Shown: positions 17,006-27,794, numbered from the stretch's first letter. The stretch: DNA of 64,000 nucleotides from Promethearchaeota archaeon (GCA_019058365.1 JAHPZE010000021.1:12100-76099), one strand, 5' to 3'. Notes: generated by a model from the sequence alone, not told the origin. A program made the numbers and translations.

Positions 17006-18145
17006 TTATTTTATAGAACTTATATTTTTCACTACTTGTGTTCTAAAAAATTCTTTATTATGTGTTTTCAAATGTCGATTTCTTAAGATTTGAGCATTCT
17101 TGCAATACTTATCATAATTATGAGCAATTTCAATAATCTTTTCAGCTATTATTTTTGGATCTGAAAAGTCTTCTAAAACAAGTTCAGTATAGGGATTAAA
17201 TAATGATTTTATATTTCCCGCCTTATTTGTTAAAATGACTTTCCCCTTAATAATTCCCTCAAGCATTTTAATAGGAACTGTTGAGGGACATATATTATTA
17301 ACCATCGGAAGAATTAACACATGCTCAGTATCGATTATTTTTGAGACCATTTGGTGTGGTTGAGATCCTAAAAATTGAAAATTATCATTAAGATTAAGAT
17401 TGTTTACTTTATTTTGAATTTCCGCTCTAGTAGGACCATCCCCTACTAATTTTATTATGATTGGAAATCCCTTATCTTTTAATATTTTAGCAGCATCTAT
17501 TAACGGAGCAAGTTTATCATACTTATGAAATCTTCCCGTATAACCAACTATTAAAGGTTTGCCATCATTGAAATTATAGGTTAACTCTCTTGTTGTTAAA
17601 AAATAATTCTGAACATAATAAGGTGCAATTACTATTTTTAAAGAATCCCCTCCATACTTTGCAACAATCTTTTCTGCTTGTTTATTCTCAACAAAGATAA
17701 GATCAGCGCTATGAACAAGAAATTTCTCAAATTGAAATTCTAATTTCAGTAAAATTTTAGTTAGAACGCTAAACTTAGGTTTGTAAGAGGGATTTTTATA
17801 AAAAGCACTTCTTTCAATAGTGGAAAATGGAGTACATCCCATATTGAGGATAAATTTGTGTTTCATTACTTTTTTTAAAAAAATAGGAATAAATCCTGGG
17901 CGAGTAGCTCTTATAACAAATACTTGATGCGGTTTTAGTGATAACTTTACTAGTTTCAGAATCATTTTTAAAGAATTCAAAAAACTCAGTGAACTATCTT
18001 CATTTCTATTTGGAAACACCTTAATAATATTGAAACTTGAGGGAATTGAGATAATAAATTTGTTATCATTAATACAACCCCCATAAGAAAGATCGCTCAA
18101 ATTTGAATGAGTACAGTAATAAATATTTTGTGCTCTATCTTTCAT
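17006..18145 (-). CDS. Glycosyltransferase family 4
   Basis: YTGRF, LVGDGP, FLGSQPH, PIKMLEG in a GT-B C-terminal domain. Confidence 0.85.
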   Translation of the reverse strand: MKDRAQNIYYCTHSNLSDLSYGGCINDNKFIISIPSSFNIIKVFPNRNEDSSLSFLNSLKMILKLVKLSLKPHQVFVIRATRPGFIPIFLKKVMKHKFILNMGCTPFSTIERSAFYKNPSYKPKFSVLTKILLKLEFQFEKFLVHSADLIFVENKQAEKIVAKYGGDSLKIVIAPYYVQNYFLTTRELTYNFNDGKPLIVGYTGRFHKYDKLAPLIDAAKILKDKGFPIIIKLVGDGPTRAEIQNKVNNLNLNDNFQFLGSQPHQMVSKIIDTEHVLILPMVNNICPSTVPIKMLEGIIKGKVILTNKAGNIKSLFNPYTELVLEDFSDPKIIAEKIIEIAHNYDKYCKNAQILRNRHLKTHNKEFFRTQVVKNISSIK

Positions 18146-18496
18146 AACTCCTTCCTAAAAAATTTTATACAGATTCAGTCTCATTTTTAAGGATATAAAT
18201 TATAACATTGGTTTAAATAAAAAAATTTGTAAAAGTCTTAAAAACCCTACGTTTTAAAGTAAAAGGTTAAATTTTTGAATTTTCTTTATGATTTAAATTT
18301 TAAACTGATATATTTAATTAATTTGACGCAACCATTCCATTATTTGAATAATTTCAGAGTTTTGAATTAATTAGGTGTGAATACAAAAATAGAATTTGTT
18401 TTTAACTTTAATAAATTTAGGGAAAATTAACCAAAAACCATTGAGTCAGGTAGATGAAATTTGAGATAATAATTAAGAATTTAAAATCCTTTAATA

Positions 18497-19177
18497 CTAC
18501 TTTATTTTTCTTATTGCGAAACTTAATTTTCTATCAGTTTCATGGGTTAAATAAATAAATTCCCAATCAAATTTTATACAAAATTGGTTTACAGCTTTTA
18601 CCACGCCATATGCTAGTGCTTTATTAATATTTCCTTGACAATAATCATGACCCGCTATTATTCCACCATCTTTTACTTTCATTCGACATAATTCCAGCTC
18701 TTTTATTGTTTGCTTGTAAGAATGTGTTGTATCGATATATACCCAGTCAAAATAACCATTCTCAAATTTCTTTAATTCTTTCTCGGATGTACCTCTTATT
18801 ATAATAACTCTTCCAGCATCTATTTCTTTTTGAAATCTTTTTCTAACATAATGCATTTTATTCTTATCAAATCTTTCTGAATCCCATATATCTATCAAAT
18901 ATAGCTTTTTTGGATGTGTCAAAGAAATAATTTTATTTGAAAAATCTCCTTTATCAACGCCTAGTTCGGTAATAATACCATTTTTTGGGAGAAATTTTAA
19001 CAATATCTCTCTATTAAGGACTACTTTGAGATCTTTAATATTTTTTTGATTTAATCTTACTTGGTTTTCAAAATTTGTATCAGAAATAACTTTACTTCTA
19101 CGTATTATTATATTAAATCCAAACAAGTGTACTACTTTTTGGATAATAGAATAGCTTTTTTTAAGTACTTTTAACAT
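18497..19177 (-). CDS. Class I SAM-dependent methyltransferase (Methyltransf_24-like)
   Basis: ELGVDKGDFS, YLIDIW, FDWVYIDTTHSY, GGIIAGHDY. Confidence 0.88.
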   Translation of the reverse strand: MLKVLKKSYSIIQKVVHLFGFNIIIRRSKVISDTNFENQVRLNQKNIKDLKVVLNREILLKFLPKNGIITELGVDKGDFSNKIISLTHPKKLYLIDIWDSERFDKNKMHYVRKRFQKEIDAGRVIIIRGTSEKELKKFENGYFDWVYIDTTHSYKQTIKELELCRMKVKDGGIIAGHDYCQGNINKALAYGVVKAVNQFCIKFDWEFIYLTHETDRKLSFAIRKIK

Positions 19178-19309
19178 AATTATTTTATTTATTTTTTTGG
19201 TTTAAATTTAACTAATTTTTCCTCTCTCATTCCTGTCTTCTATGAGATTAAACCAAAGTTTTATTGACAATATCAATTAGAGATAGAAAATTTTAGCTTT
19301 TTAAGTAAC

Positions 19310-20821
19310 TCAAGTGTTTAATGTTTGTTTTTTTTTAAAAAATCGGTTAATGAATTCAATAAGAAATTCTCTCCTAAATATCAATATCAAGCAAAAATAT
19401 GCAATAATTCCTATTGAAATATGATAAAATGATTGAAATAAATATGATGAAGTCCAGTAAACCATACCTCCTAATAGACTTATAAATAAAGCAGAAACAC
19501 TAAATAATAGAAATATTCCAAAAGATTTTATATATTCTGTAAAACAAGGCCCTAATACCTTCTTTATTAAAAAATGGTAGAAAAAGTAAAAGAGGAGGAA
19601 GTTAGAAAGTAAAAAAGAAAATGCTACCCCATTAATTCCCCCAAAATAAATCCCAAGTAATATTATAAAAGGCTGAATTATTGCTACGAGTGCATTCCAT
19701 AAGAATCCCAACCTTGCATATCCTTTTGCAAGTAAAAGAGAACCTATTGGATTACCGATGCATCTAAATAAACCTACCACTGAAAGAATTTGTACTAAAA
19801 GTATCGAAGGATTCCATTGTAAGCCATACAATAAAGGAACAAAGTAGGGTGCAATCAAGATTAACAAGATGTATATCGGAAAGTTGATGGAACTAACGAT
19901 ACTTATCAGATTAAAATATTTTTCTTTCAGCATTTTTGTATTATTTTGCATTTTAGAAAAGTATGGAAAGGATACCCGGGTAAAAATTGGGTTAATTAAG
20001 GTAATCGGATATAAAACAAGATTATATGCAATAGTGTAATAACCTAAAGAAACAGTTCCCAAAAACTTCCCAATTAAAATTTTATCAATATTAGAGTTAA
20101 ATAAATTTAAAGAACGTTCACCCATTTGATATAAACCAAACGATAAAAAATTGTTAATTTCTGAAAAATTGAATTCAAATGTTGGTTTCCAGATTTTTAA
20201 TCCAATAAATAACAACAGAGAAGATTTCACTATACTTCTTAATATATATCCTAATACGACTGACATGACACCCCAACCATAATATGCTAATATTATTGAA
20301 ATTACAACTAAAAGTGTTGAAGTTATAAGTTCAATTATTGCAATAGATTTAAATACCAGCTCTTTCCTTAGCAAAGTCTCAAATTGTTGACCTACTGGAA
20401 TGATGAGAAATATTATTGCGGTTATTCTTATGAGAGATGTTAATTCGGGTTTATTATAAAAAATGGAGATTAATGGTGATAATAAATTAAGAATCAAGAA
20501 TATTAAAAAACCGATTATAAATGTTATCCAAAATAATGTAGATATTTGTCGTTTAGATACATTCTGATAATGTATTACCGCCCCAGAAACACCAACATCC
20601 GAATATGCAATTCCGAATCCAAGAACAATTAAAATCAACCCCATAATACCATATTCTTCAGGTGTGAATAATCGGGCAAGAATTATCATCATAATAAATT
20701 GAATCATTGCGGAATATGTTAGTGAGATTGAATTCCATCGAATTCCTGCATCAGCTATGTGATCCATCATTTTAAAATCAATATCTTCACCCTTATCGAG
20801 AACATTTTTATCATCATTCAT
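19310..20821 (-). CDS. MOP-family oligosaccharide flippase (WzxC-like)
   Basis: LARLFTPEEYG, IDKILIGKFLG...LGYYTIAY, FPYFSKMQ; many TM segments. Confidence 0.9.
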   Translation of the reverse strand: MNDDKNVLDKGEDIDFKMMDHIADAGIRWNSISLTYSAMIQFIMMIILARLFTPEEYGIMGLILIVLGFGIAYSDVGVSGAVIHYQNVSKRQISTLFWITFIIGFLIFLILNLLSPLISIFYNKPELTSLIRITAIIFLIIPVGQQFETLLRKELVFKSIAIIELITSTLLVVISIILAYYGWGVMSVVLGYILRSIVKSSLLLFIGLKIWKPTFEFNFSEINNFLSFGLYQMGERSLNLFNSNIDKILIGKFLGTVSLGYYTIAYNLVLYPITLINPIFTRVSFPYFSKMQNNTKMLKEKYFNLISIVSSINFPIYILLILIAPYFVPLLYGLQWNPSILLVQILSVVGLFRCIGNPIGSLLLAKGYARLGFLWNALVAIIQPFIILLGIYFGGINGVAFSFLLSNFLLFYFFYHFLIKKVLGPCFTEYIKSFGIFLLFSVSALFISLLGGMVYWTSSYLFQSFYHISIGIIAYFCLILIFRREFLIEFINRFFKKKQTLNT

Positions 20822-21005
20822 AAAATCAACACTTGGGATGAAATGAATATAAAACGAAGGTAAGTTAGTTTTTAAACTTTACATAAAACTTAAAATTTAA
20901 TCGTTAAATACCTAAATAAATTTATTTAATTAAAGTTATTGATATAAAATTTTCAAGGAAAAAGGTTTATTTAGTATATTTCGCAAAATACAATAGGTAA
21001 TATAA

Positions 21006-22013
21006 ATGGGGAAAGAAAAAATTTTATTATTCCATAAAGTTAATAGAAGTTTTATAGAAAAAGATTATCAAATCTTAAGCGAGAAATATAATATTAAAAA
21101 AATAATGATTAATTTTAAAAATATTAAAAATTCTTTAAATTTAATAAAAGCCTTTATTTATATTTTTAATTATTCAATAGTATTTTTCTGGTTTGCTAGC
21201 CCAATTTTCCTTCCCTTTGTAATTCTTTCTAAGATATTGGGTAAGAAAAGGATTGTTGTAGCAGGAGGCTACGATGTAGCTTATGCTAAATATAAAACAT
21301 ATAAATATGGATTGAGAAATCGACTTTTTCAGAAATATATAGTATCCTTAATTTTAAACAATTCAACAGCCGTATTTCCAGTTTCAAATTATACTAAAAA
21401 GGAAGTGTTGAGTTTTTCTAAACCAAAAAACATTAAAACAATATATAACGGGATAAATATAGAGAATTTTAACAAAATTAAAGGAATAGAAAAAGAAAAT
21501 ATAGTTATAACCGTTGCCTCAGATATAGGAAACCAATATTATAAAAAAGGTTTAGGAACTTTTGTAGATATTGCTAAAAAAATGCCAAAAACTAAATTTT
21601 TCCTAATTGGTAAATGTAATACAAAACATAAACTTGTCAAAAGAATATTAAAAAGTAAACCTAAGAATTTAACTCTATTAGATTTTATAAATCAAGATGT
21701 TTTAATAAAATTATATTCAAAAGCAAAAGTTTATGCACAATTATCTCTTCATGAAAGTTTCGGGTTAGCTTTAGCTGAGGCGATGTTATGTGAGTGTGTT
21801 CCAGTAATCGCAAACACAAGTGCATTGCCTGAAGTTGTAGGTAAAGTGGGGTATACTATAAAATATAACGATGTAGAGGAGTCTATTAAAAAGATTACTG
21901 AGGCATTGAATTCTTCAAAAGAGCGTCAAAAACAAGCAAGAGAGAGAATAATCAAAAACTTCTCTTTAACAAGGAGGAAACAAGAAATATTGAGGTTCAT
22001 AAACAATTTATGA
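21006..22013 (+). CDS. Glycosyltransferase family 4
   Basis: KKGL, ESFGLALAEAMLCECVPV (EX7E). Confidence 0.9.
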   Translation: MGKEKILLFHKVNRSFIEKDYQILSEKYNIKKIMINFKNIKNSLNLIKAFIYIFNYSIVFFWFASPIFLPFVILSKILGKKRIVVAGGYDVAYAKYKTYKYGLRNRLFQKYIVSLILNNSTAVFPVSNYTKKEVLSFSKPKNIKTIYNGINIENFNKIKGIEKENIVITVASDIGNQYYKKGLGTFVDIAKKMPKTKFFLIGKCNTKHKLVKRILKSKPKNLTLLDFINQDVLIKLYSKAKVYAQLSLHESFGLALAEAMLCECVPVIANTSALPEVVGKVGYTIKYNDVEESIKKITEALNSSKERQKQARERIIKNFSLTRRKQEILRFINNL

Positions 22014-22198
22014 GATAAAAGAGATATAAAGCCGCTAAAAAGATTCTCAAAAGTTATAATAAAATCGATTTTTATGGTATAGCTCCATCAAACCCTTATT
22101 TAAAGTACTCAAAAATTAATTTCACAAAAACCTCAATTTGGACAATTATAAAGATATAACAGAAAAAAGGGTCTCAATTTTTTAATTAATATATATTA

Positions 22199-23035
22199 TC
22201 ATTTAAAAAAAATCCTTTTGATCTTCTTAAACAAATATAATATTATACATAGAGAGAGCATAGGAATTAATTTTCTTAAGATTATATATGAAGATCCGAA
22301 TTCACGCGATGCTAAATTAATCGGAACTTCCTCAATTTTATAACCAAGTAAAGCAGCTTGTAATATTAATTCTGTTGTAAATGCATATCCATTAAATCTA
22401 ATATTTTCAAAGATTTTTTCAGTCTTTCTACGAAGTGCTCTAAAACCACATTGATTATTTTTTACTTTTTGTCCAAAAAAAAGAAGTATTATTACTTCCA
22501 ATAATGCTTCTCCGAGCCTTGTAGCTATAGGTAATTTATAATTGAAGGTTCCTTTATATCTCGATCCAATAGTGATATCAGCATCTCCATTAAAAATAGG
22601 TTTTAATAAATTTATTATATCTTCTGCTCTATGCTGGCCATCTGAATCCATTGTGATTAAAATGTCCCCTTTACTATGGCGAATACCCGTAAGAAGCGCT
22701 TTTCCATATCCCTGATTAAATTTATGCTCTACAATATGAATTCCTTCATTATGCTTAATCTTTTTCATCTCATTTAAACTTGAATCTGTGGAATGATCAT
22801 CAACTACAATTACTTCAATCAATTCACATTTTGGGAGATTTTCTAATACATATTTAATAGTATTTTCTTCATTATAAACAGGGAGAATAATAGAAATAAA
22901 CATTTGATTGTTTTCATTTTTATATTTTTTTAAATAGTCGTAAAGTAATTTAAAGTTATCATTTTTTCTCGAGTTCTTCTTATCTCGACTTTCCAATAAG
23001 GAGCTTTTTTCTATGTCTAAGGATGGAGTTGTCAA
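22199..23035 (-). CDS. GT2, DPM1-like polyprenol-phosphate glycosyltransferase
   Basis: ILPVYNE, VDDHSTD, NQGYG, MDSDGQH, IGSRY, GFRA. Confidence 0.9.
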   Translation of the reverse strand: MTTPSLDIEKSSLLESRDKKNSRKNDNFKLLYDYLKKYKNENNQMFISIILPVYNEENTIKYVLENLPKCELIEVIVVDDHSTDSSLNEMKKIKHNEGIHIVEHKFNQGYGKALLTGIRHSKGDILITMDSDGQHRAEDIINLLKPIFNGDADITIGSRYKGTFNYKLPIATRLGEALLEVIILLFFGQKVKNNQCGFRALRRKTEKIFENIRFNGYAFTTELILQAALLGYKIEEVPINLASREFGSSYIILRKLIPMLSLCIILYLFKKIKRIFFK

Positions 23036-23275
23036 AATATTTGCTATTTTTGAAGAGTTGCAATTTTCAATATTTCGATATTAATATTAATTTGATTATA
23101 TTTAATTTTAATTTTTTGGATTCATAGAAACCTAGAAAACAAAAAATAATTTAAGATTTTTCTTAAAAAGCCTCAAGTTTCATTAATCTACTCCAGGAAT
23201 AAATTCAAAATACCAAAGTATTAATTTTATAATTCCACATTTAAAATTAGATGTAGTAATTTTGGTGATATAATT

Positions 23276-24418
23276 ATAAACATCGTATTTGTGGCTCCAT
23301 TTTTTAATGAAAAACCAAATAGAAAATCAAGCTTAATTTTATTGGTTAAAGAATTATCAAAATACGTTGATATAACTATTATATCATCAAAAGTCGAAGG
23401 AACTAAGAGTAAAGAAATTTTAAACTCTAATTTACGAATTTATAGGTTTACACCGACAATTTATTTACCAAAATTACCTTATACCTTTGATTTTTTATTA
23501 ATTAAAAAAATCATCAAAATTTTAAAAAAACAGAAAATTGATATAATAATTGGATATAGCCTCCAATTTTTTTCATGCTTTTCAGCAGCAATAGTAGCTA
23601 AGATACTCAGAATTCCTTTTATTTGCCGAATAGTAGGAGCAAGTAGTACTACTAATAAGAATGGGATCGAAATTCTCTCAAAATTATATGATAAAACTTT
23701 TGCAAAAATAACGTTAAAACTAGCCAATAAAATATTAGTACAAACTAAAAGTATGATCTCTAGACCCCTAAAATTAAGAGCACCTCTTCAAAAAATTTCT
23801 ATTGTTGAGGATGGAATTGATTTTGCACGATTTTCTGGAATTACTGACACAGAAGCGCTTAGAAAAAGATTGAAAATACAAAAATCGGAAATTGTTATCA
23901 CATTTATTAGCAGAATTTTTGAATTAAAGGGTATTGAGGATTTAATAGTTGTTTCAAAACAAATCTTGAATGAGTATGAAAATGTAGTTTTTCTTATTGC
24001 TGGAAAAGGATCTTTAGAAAAAAAATTAGAGAATGAGGCTAAAATGACAAAAAATCTTGTTTACTTAGGATTTAGAAAGGATGTTCCTAATCTTCTAGCT
24101 ATTAGTGACATATATGTATTACCTTCCTATAGTGAAGGTTTATCTCCAGCAATATTAGAAGCTATGGCAAGTGGTTTACCGGTTGTTACAACAAACGTAG
24201 GTTCAAATCCGGATATCAATATAAATGGAAAGTATGGGAATTTAATAAATCCCGGTGATCAATCTCAGCTAAAAAAAAATATTATCAATCTTATTCAAAA
24301 TGAATCATTACGAAAAGAAATGGGTATTTTAAATAAAAAAAATATCCAAGAAAATTTTGATTTGAAAATAACAACCTTAAAATTCTTAGGAGAAATTAAA
24401 AAGCTTCTTGTAATTTAA
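23276..24418 (+). CDS. Glycosyltransferase family 4 (candidate sulfoquinovosyltransferase)
   Basis: ISRIFELKG, LPSYSEGLSPAILEAMASG. ORF track start is GTG 23291; probable start is ATA 23276 (INIVFVAPFF), 7 nt after GGTGA. Confidence 0.88.
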   Translation: MNIVFVAPFFNEKPNRKSSLILLVKELSKYVDITIISSKVEGTKSKEILNSNLRIYRFTPTIYLPKLPYTFDFLLIKKIIKILKKQKIDIIIGYSLQFFSCFSAAIVAKILRIPFICRIVGASSTTNKNGIEILSKLYDKTFAKITLKLANKILVQTKSMISRPLKLRAPLQKISIVEDGIDFARFSGITDTEALRKRLKIQKSEIVITFISRIFELKGIEDLIVVSKQILNEYENVVFLIAGKGSLEKKLENEAKMTKNLVYLGFRKDVPNLLAISDIYVLPSYSEGLSPAILEAMASGLPVVTTNVGSNPDININGKYGNLINPGDQSQLKKNIINLIQNESLRKEMGILNKKNIQENFDLKITTLKFLGEIKKLLVI

Positions 24419-24435
24419 AAAACTCTATTATTTAG

Positions 24436-25707
24436 TTGCCTGAACAGATAAAAATGAAGAATCGAAATGTTATTTTGGGAATTGATGGAATACCTTTTGA
24501 ATTAATGAGATCACTATCAGATAAAGGTGTTATGCCAAATTTTAAAGAGCTAAAGAATTCATATTATTTTAAAGAGATGAAATCATCGATACCCCATATA
24601 TCATCTGTTTCATGGAGTTCAATTATAACTGGAACAAATCCTGGAGAACATGGAATTTTTGGATTCTCCGAATTAATACCAGGGACATATAGTCTTAGCT
24701 ATCCAAATTTTAATGCTCTAAAAAGTAAAGCCTTTTGGCATCAAGAAAGTGAAAAAAGACATATCATCATTAATGTTCCGGCAACTTATCCAGCAAAAAT
24801 TCTTAACGGTATCCATATAGCTGGATTTGTAGCATTGGATTTAGAAAAAGCAGTATACCCAAAAACATGTATTCCTAGTCTAAAAAAATTAGAATATGTC
24901 ATTGACATTGATTCAAGTCTAGCTCATAAACAGTCTAAAGATATTTTATTCGATGAGCTTATGAGAGTTTTAGAAATAAGAAAAAAGACTTATCAATTCT
25001 TTTGGAATAAACTTAATTGGAATAATTTTATGGTTGTAATTACAAGTTCAGACAGATTTGGACATTTCTTATGGAATACATATGCAAATACTGATAATAA
25101 ATTACATTCGAGAGCTTTACAATTCTTTCAAAAAATAGATGATTTTATCGGCGATATTAAAGATAAATTAAAAGAAAATGATAATTTTATTATATTATCT
25201 GATCATGGAATGGAAGAAACAAAACAAAACATGAATTTAAATACGTACCTAGAACAAGAAGGTTTTCTTAAACTTTCTGATAAACATAAAAATTATAACC
25301 GCATCGCAAAAGGCACAAAAGCTTTTGTATTAGATCCAGGACGAGTTTATCTTAATAAAAAAGGGCGTTATCCTAACGGTTCAATATCTAACTTAGAAGA
25401 AAAAGACATAATTGAAGAACTAAAAAAGATATTTTATGATTTAAAATATCAAAACCAAAGAGTAATTAGAACAATTCATGAAAAGAATGATATATATAGT
25501 GGAGTTAATATTGATAAAGCACCTGATTTAGTAGTTTTAGAAAACTCCGGATTTTGTCCAAAAGGCGGAATTGGAAAAAATGTCATTTTTGAACAAGATA
25601 ATCTATCTGGAATGCATAATGATAGTGCTTTTCTTTTTATTAATAAAGAAATTAATTTAGAATTACCAAAAGTTCAAGATGTAGTAGGTTTATTAGGAGG
25701 AAATTAA
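24436..25707 (+). CDS. Alkaline phosphatase superfamily, nucleotide pyrophosphatase/phosphodiesterase-like (likely start ATG 24454)
   Basis: ILGIDG, PHISSVSWSSIITGTNPGEHGIFGF, DRFGH, SDHG, GMH metal-binding motifs. Confidence 0.88.
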   Translation: MPEQIKMKNRNVILGIDGIPFELMRSLSDKGVMPNFKELKNSYYFKEMKSSIPHISSVSWSSIITGTNPGEHGIFGFSELIPGTYSLSYPNFNALKSKAFWHQESEKRHIIINVPATYPAKILNGIHIAGFVALDLEKAVYPKTCIPSLKKLEYVIDIDSSLAHKQSKDILFDELMRVLEIRKKTYQFFWNKLNWNNFMVVITSSDRFGHFLWNTYANTDNKLHSRALQFFQKIDDFIGDIKDKLKENDNFIILSDHGMEETKQNMNLNTYLEQEGFLKLSDKHKNYNRIAKGTKAFVLDPGRVYLNKKGRYPNGSISNLEEKDIIEELKKIFYDLKYQNQRVIRTIHEKNDIYSGVNIDKAPDLVVLENSGFCPKGGIGKNVIFEQDNLSGMHNDSAFLFINKEINLELPKVQDVVGLLGGN

Positions 25708-25708
25708 A

Positions 25709-27226
25709 ATGGATAACATACATAATTCCGATAAAACTTGTTGGAATTGCCCCGCAGCTAAATTAATGGGAAACATTGATTTTAGAGCTTGTGGTCAAGC
25801 ACGTGAATTTAAAAGTGGTTCAGATGAGGAAGGAGAGATTGTAATAGAATGTCGGAGGCGACCTGAATTAGGATATTTTGAACCAAATATCACATTTGAG
25901 CAATGTCCAGAGTGGATTGCTTCTGAATATGGATATCTTCTAAAAAATATGAAAGTAATGATTCTAGGAATTGATGGGTATTTAGGATGGACCTTGGCAT
26001 TAAAATTAGGAAAATTGGGATTTCAAATCAGCGGTCTTGATAATTACACTCGCCGTGATTGTGTAATGGAAAAGGGTGCACATACAATTATACCTATAGA
26101 GAGAATGACACAACGATTAAAACTGGCGAGTGATATTTTTGGAATAAATATTAATTTCCGAAAAATTGATTTGCTTGACGCACCGAAGGTCAGAGAATTT
26201 TTAGAAGAAGTTAAACCAGAAGCTATAGTTCATTATGGTGAAATTCCAAGTGCTCCATACAGTATGGCTGATTCTGAACATGCTGTTAGGGTACAAGAAA
26301 ACAATGTAATAGGAACTTTGAAACTTTTGTGGATCATAAAAGATGTTATACCAGAGACTTGCCTAATTAAATTAGGGACCATGGGTGAGTATGGTTCCCC
26401 TTTAACTGGAAGACCTCTCTTTGAAGGCTTATTCCCTGCAGATGCTATTATTAAATGGGACGAACGTGAATGGAGTTTGGGGGGAGAGACAACACCCAGA
26501 GATCCAGTTAGTTTTTATCATGCAAGTAAGGTTCAAGATACCTTTAATGTATTAGAAGCCTGTAAATATTGGTGGTTACGTTCATATGATGTTATGCAAG
26601 GTGTTATTTATGGGGTTTATACAGAAGAATTGGTTGTAGACAAGAGACTAAGGACGAGATATGATATAGATGAGTGGTTTGGTACAGTTATAAATAGATT
26701 TGTGGCACAAGCAGTAGCAGGAATACCATTGACAATTTATGGGCAAGGTGAACAAATAAGAGGATTTATAGCGCTAAATGATGCGATGCAATGCATGATT
26801 AGATTAATAGTTTCTCCACCGGAACCAGGACAATATGATGTAGTTAATCAAGTTTCTGGATTATACAAAATAAACGACTTAGCAGAAGCTGTTGCTAAAA
26901 TCGGTAATACAAAATTTAACTTGAATGTAACGATACAAAGAATTGAAAATCCTAGAGTAGAAGCAGACAATCATCCACTGGAAGTAGTTTCTAGAAAATT
27001 ACCTCGTTTTTTTGGATTTACCCCTCAAATACATTTAGAAGAAGAAATTGAGAGAATGATTGAAGTTTTACTAGAAGAAGAAATAAAAAATCGGATTGAT
27101 TTGAAAAAACATACAATTTTACCTGTGACTACGTGGCAAGGAGAAAAGAGAAAAATGCAAGAGTTAGAAAAGTACGAACCCGGGACAAAAGAATCTAAAG
27201 GTTATAAACCAATATTTGACACATAA
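25709..27226 (+). CDS. sqdB: UDP-sulfoquinovose synthase (SqdB/SQD1/Agl3 family) with an 80-aa Cys-rich N-terminal extension
   Basis: From M81: GIDGYLGW, SAPYSM, NNVIGTL, KLGTMGEYG, SFYHASKV, QGVIYG, FGTVINRF, PLTIYG.GEQ.RGF, NPRVE, all matching SQD1/SqdB signatures. Confidence 0.9.
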   Translation: MDNIHNSDKTCWNCPAAKLMGNIDFRACGQAREFKSGSDEEGEIVIECRRRPELGYFEPNITFEQCPEWIASEYGYLLKNMKVMILGIDGYLGWTLALKLGKLGFQISGLDNYTRRDCVMEKGAHTIIPIERMTQRLKLASDIFGININFRKIDLLDAPKVREFLEEVKPEAIVHYGEIPSAPYSMADSEHAVRVQENNVIGTLKLLWIIKDVIPETCLIKLGTMGEYGSPLTGRPLFEGLFPADAIIKWDEREWSLGGETTPRDPVSFYHASKVQDTFNVLEACKYWWLRSYDVMQGVIYGVYTEELVVDKRLRTRYDIDEWFGTVINRFVAQAVAGIPLTIYGQGEQIRGFIALNDAMQCMIRLIVSPPEPGQYDVVNQVSGLYKINDLAEAVAKIGNTKFNLNVTIQRIENPRVEADNHPLEVVSRKLPRFFGFTPQIHLEEEIERMIEVLLEEEIKNRIDLKKHTILPVTTWQGEKRKMQELEKYEPGTKESKGYKPIFDT

Positions 27227-27228
27227 TT

Positions 27229-27543
27229 ATGGAAGTTACAGATAAAAGTTTCGAACAAGAAATCATTAAATCAGAAATCCCCGTATTAATCGAATTTTGG
27301 GCATCTTGGTGCGTCCCCTGCAAAGCAGTGGAATATTTGTTAAAAGAATTGGATAAAGAATACGATGGAAAAATTAAGATTGCCAAATTAAATATCGATA
27401 GACAGAGAAATACTCCAAAAAAATATGGATTAACAGGCGTTCCGACATTTGCTACCTTTTTAGACGGTGAAATTAAAGAAATGATTGTAGGAGCTCAGAC
27501 GAAACAAAATTTAACTAAAATGATTGACAATGTACTGAGATAA
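27229..27543 (+). CDS. trxA: Thioredoxin
   Basis: FWASWCVPCK, GVPT; 104 aa. Confidence 0.93.
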   Translation: MEVTDKSFEQEIIKSEIPVLIEFWASWCVPCKAVEYLLKELDKEYDGKIKIAKLNIDRQRNTPKKYGLTGVPTFATFLDGEIKEMIVGAQTKQNLTKMIDNVLR

Positions 27544-27794
27544 CCAAAGTCTTTATAAAAGACAAATCCAGTTTTACATGTCCGTTTTAAGTGAAATCAT
27601 CTTTAACAAAACAATTTTTTTTGATATAATAAAGAATTTCAATTTTTTACAATAATGGAAAGACCTACTTCTCGTCTCTAAGACCATTAGATTTTTATAT
27701 GTGAAAATAATCATTTACAATAATTAAAAAAGACGAAAAAAATATAAGGAAATGTAATAATTAATAAGATTAGATCATTAAAAGTAACTTTACC

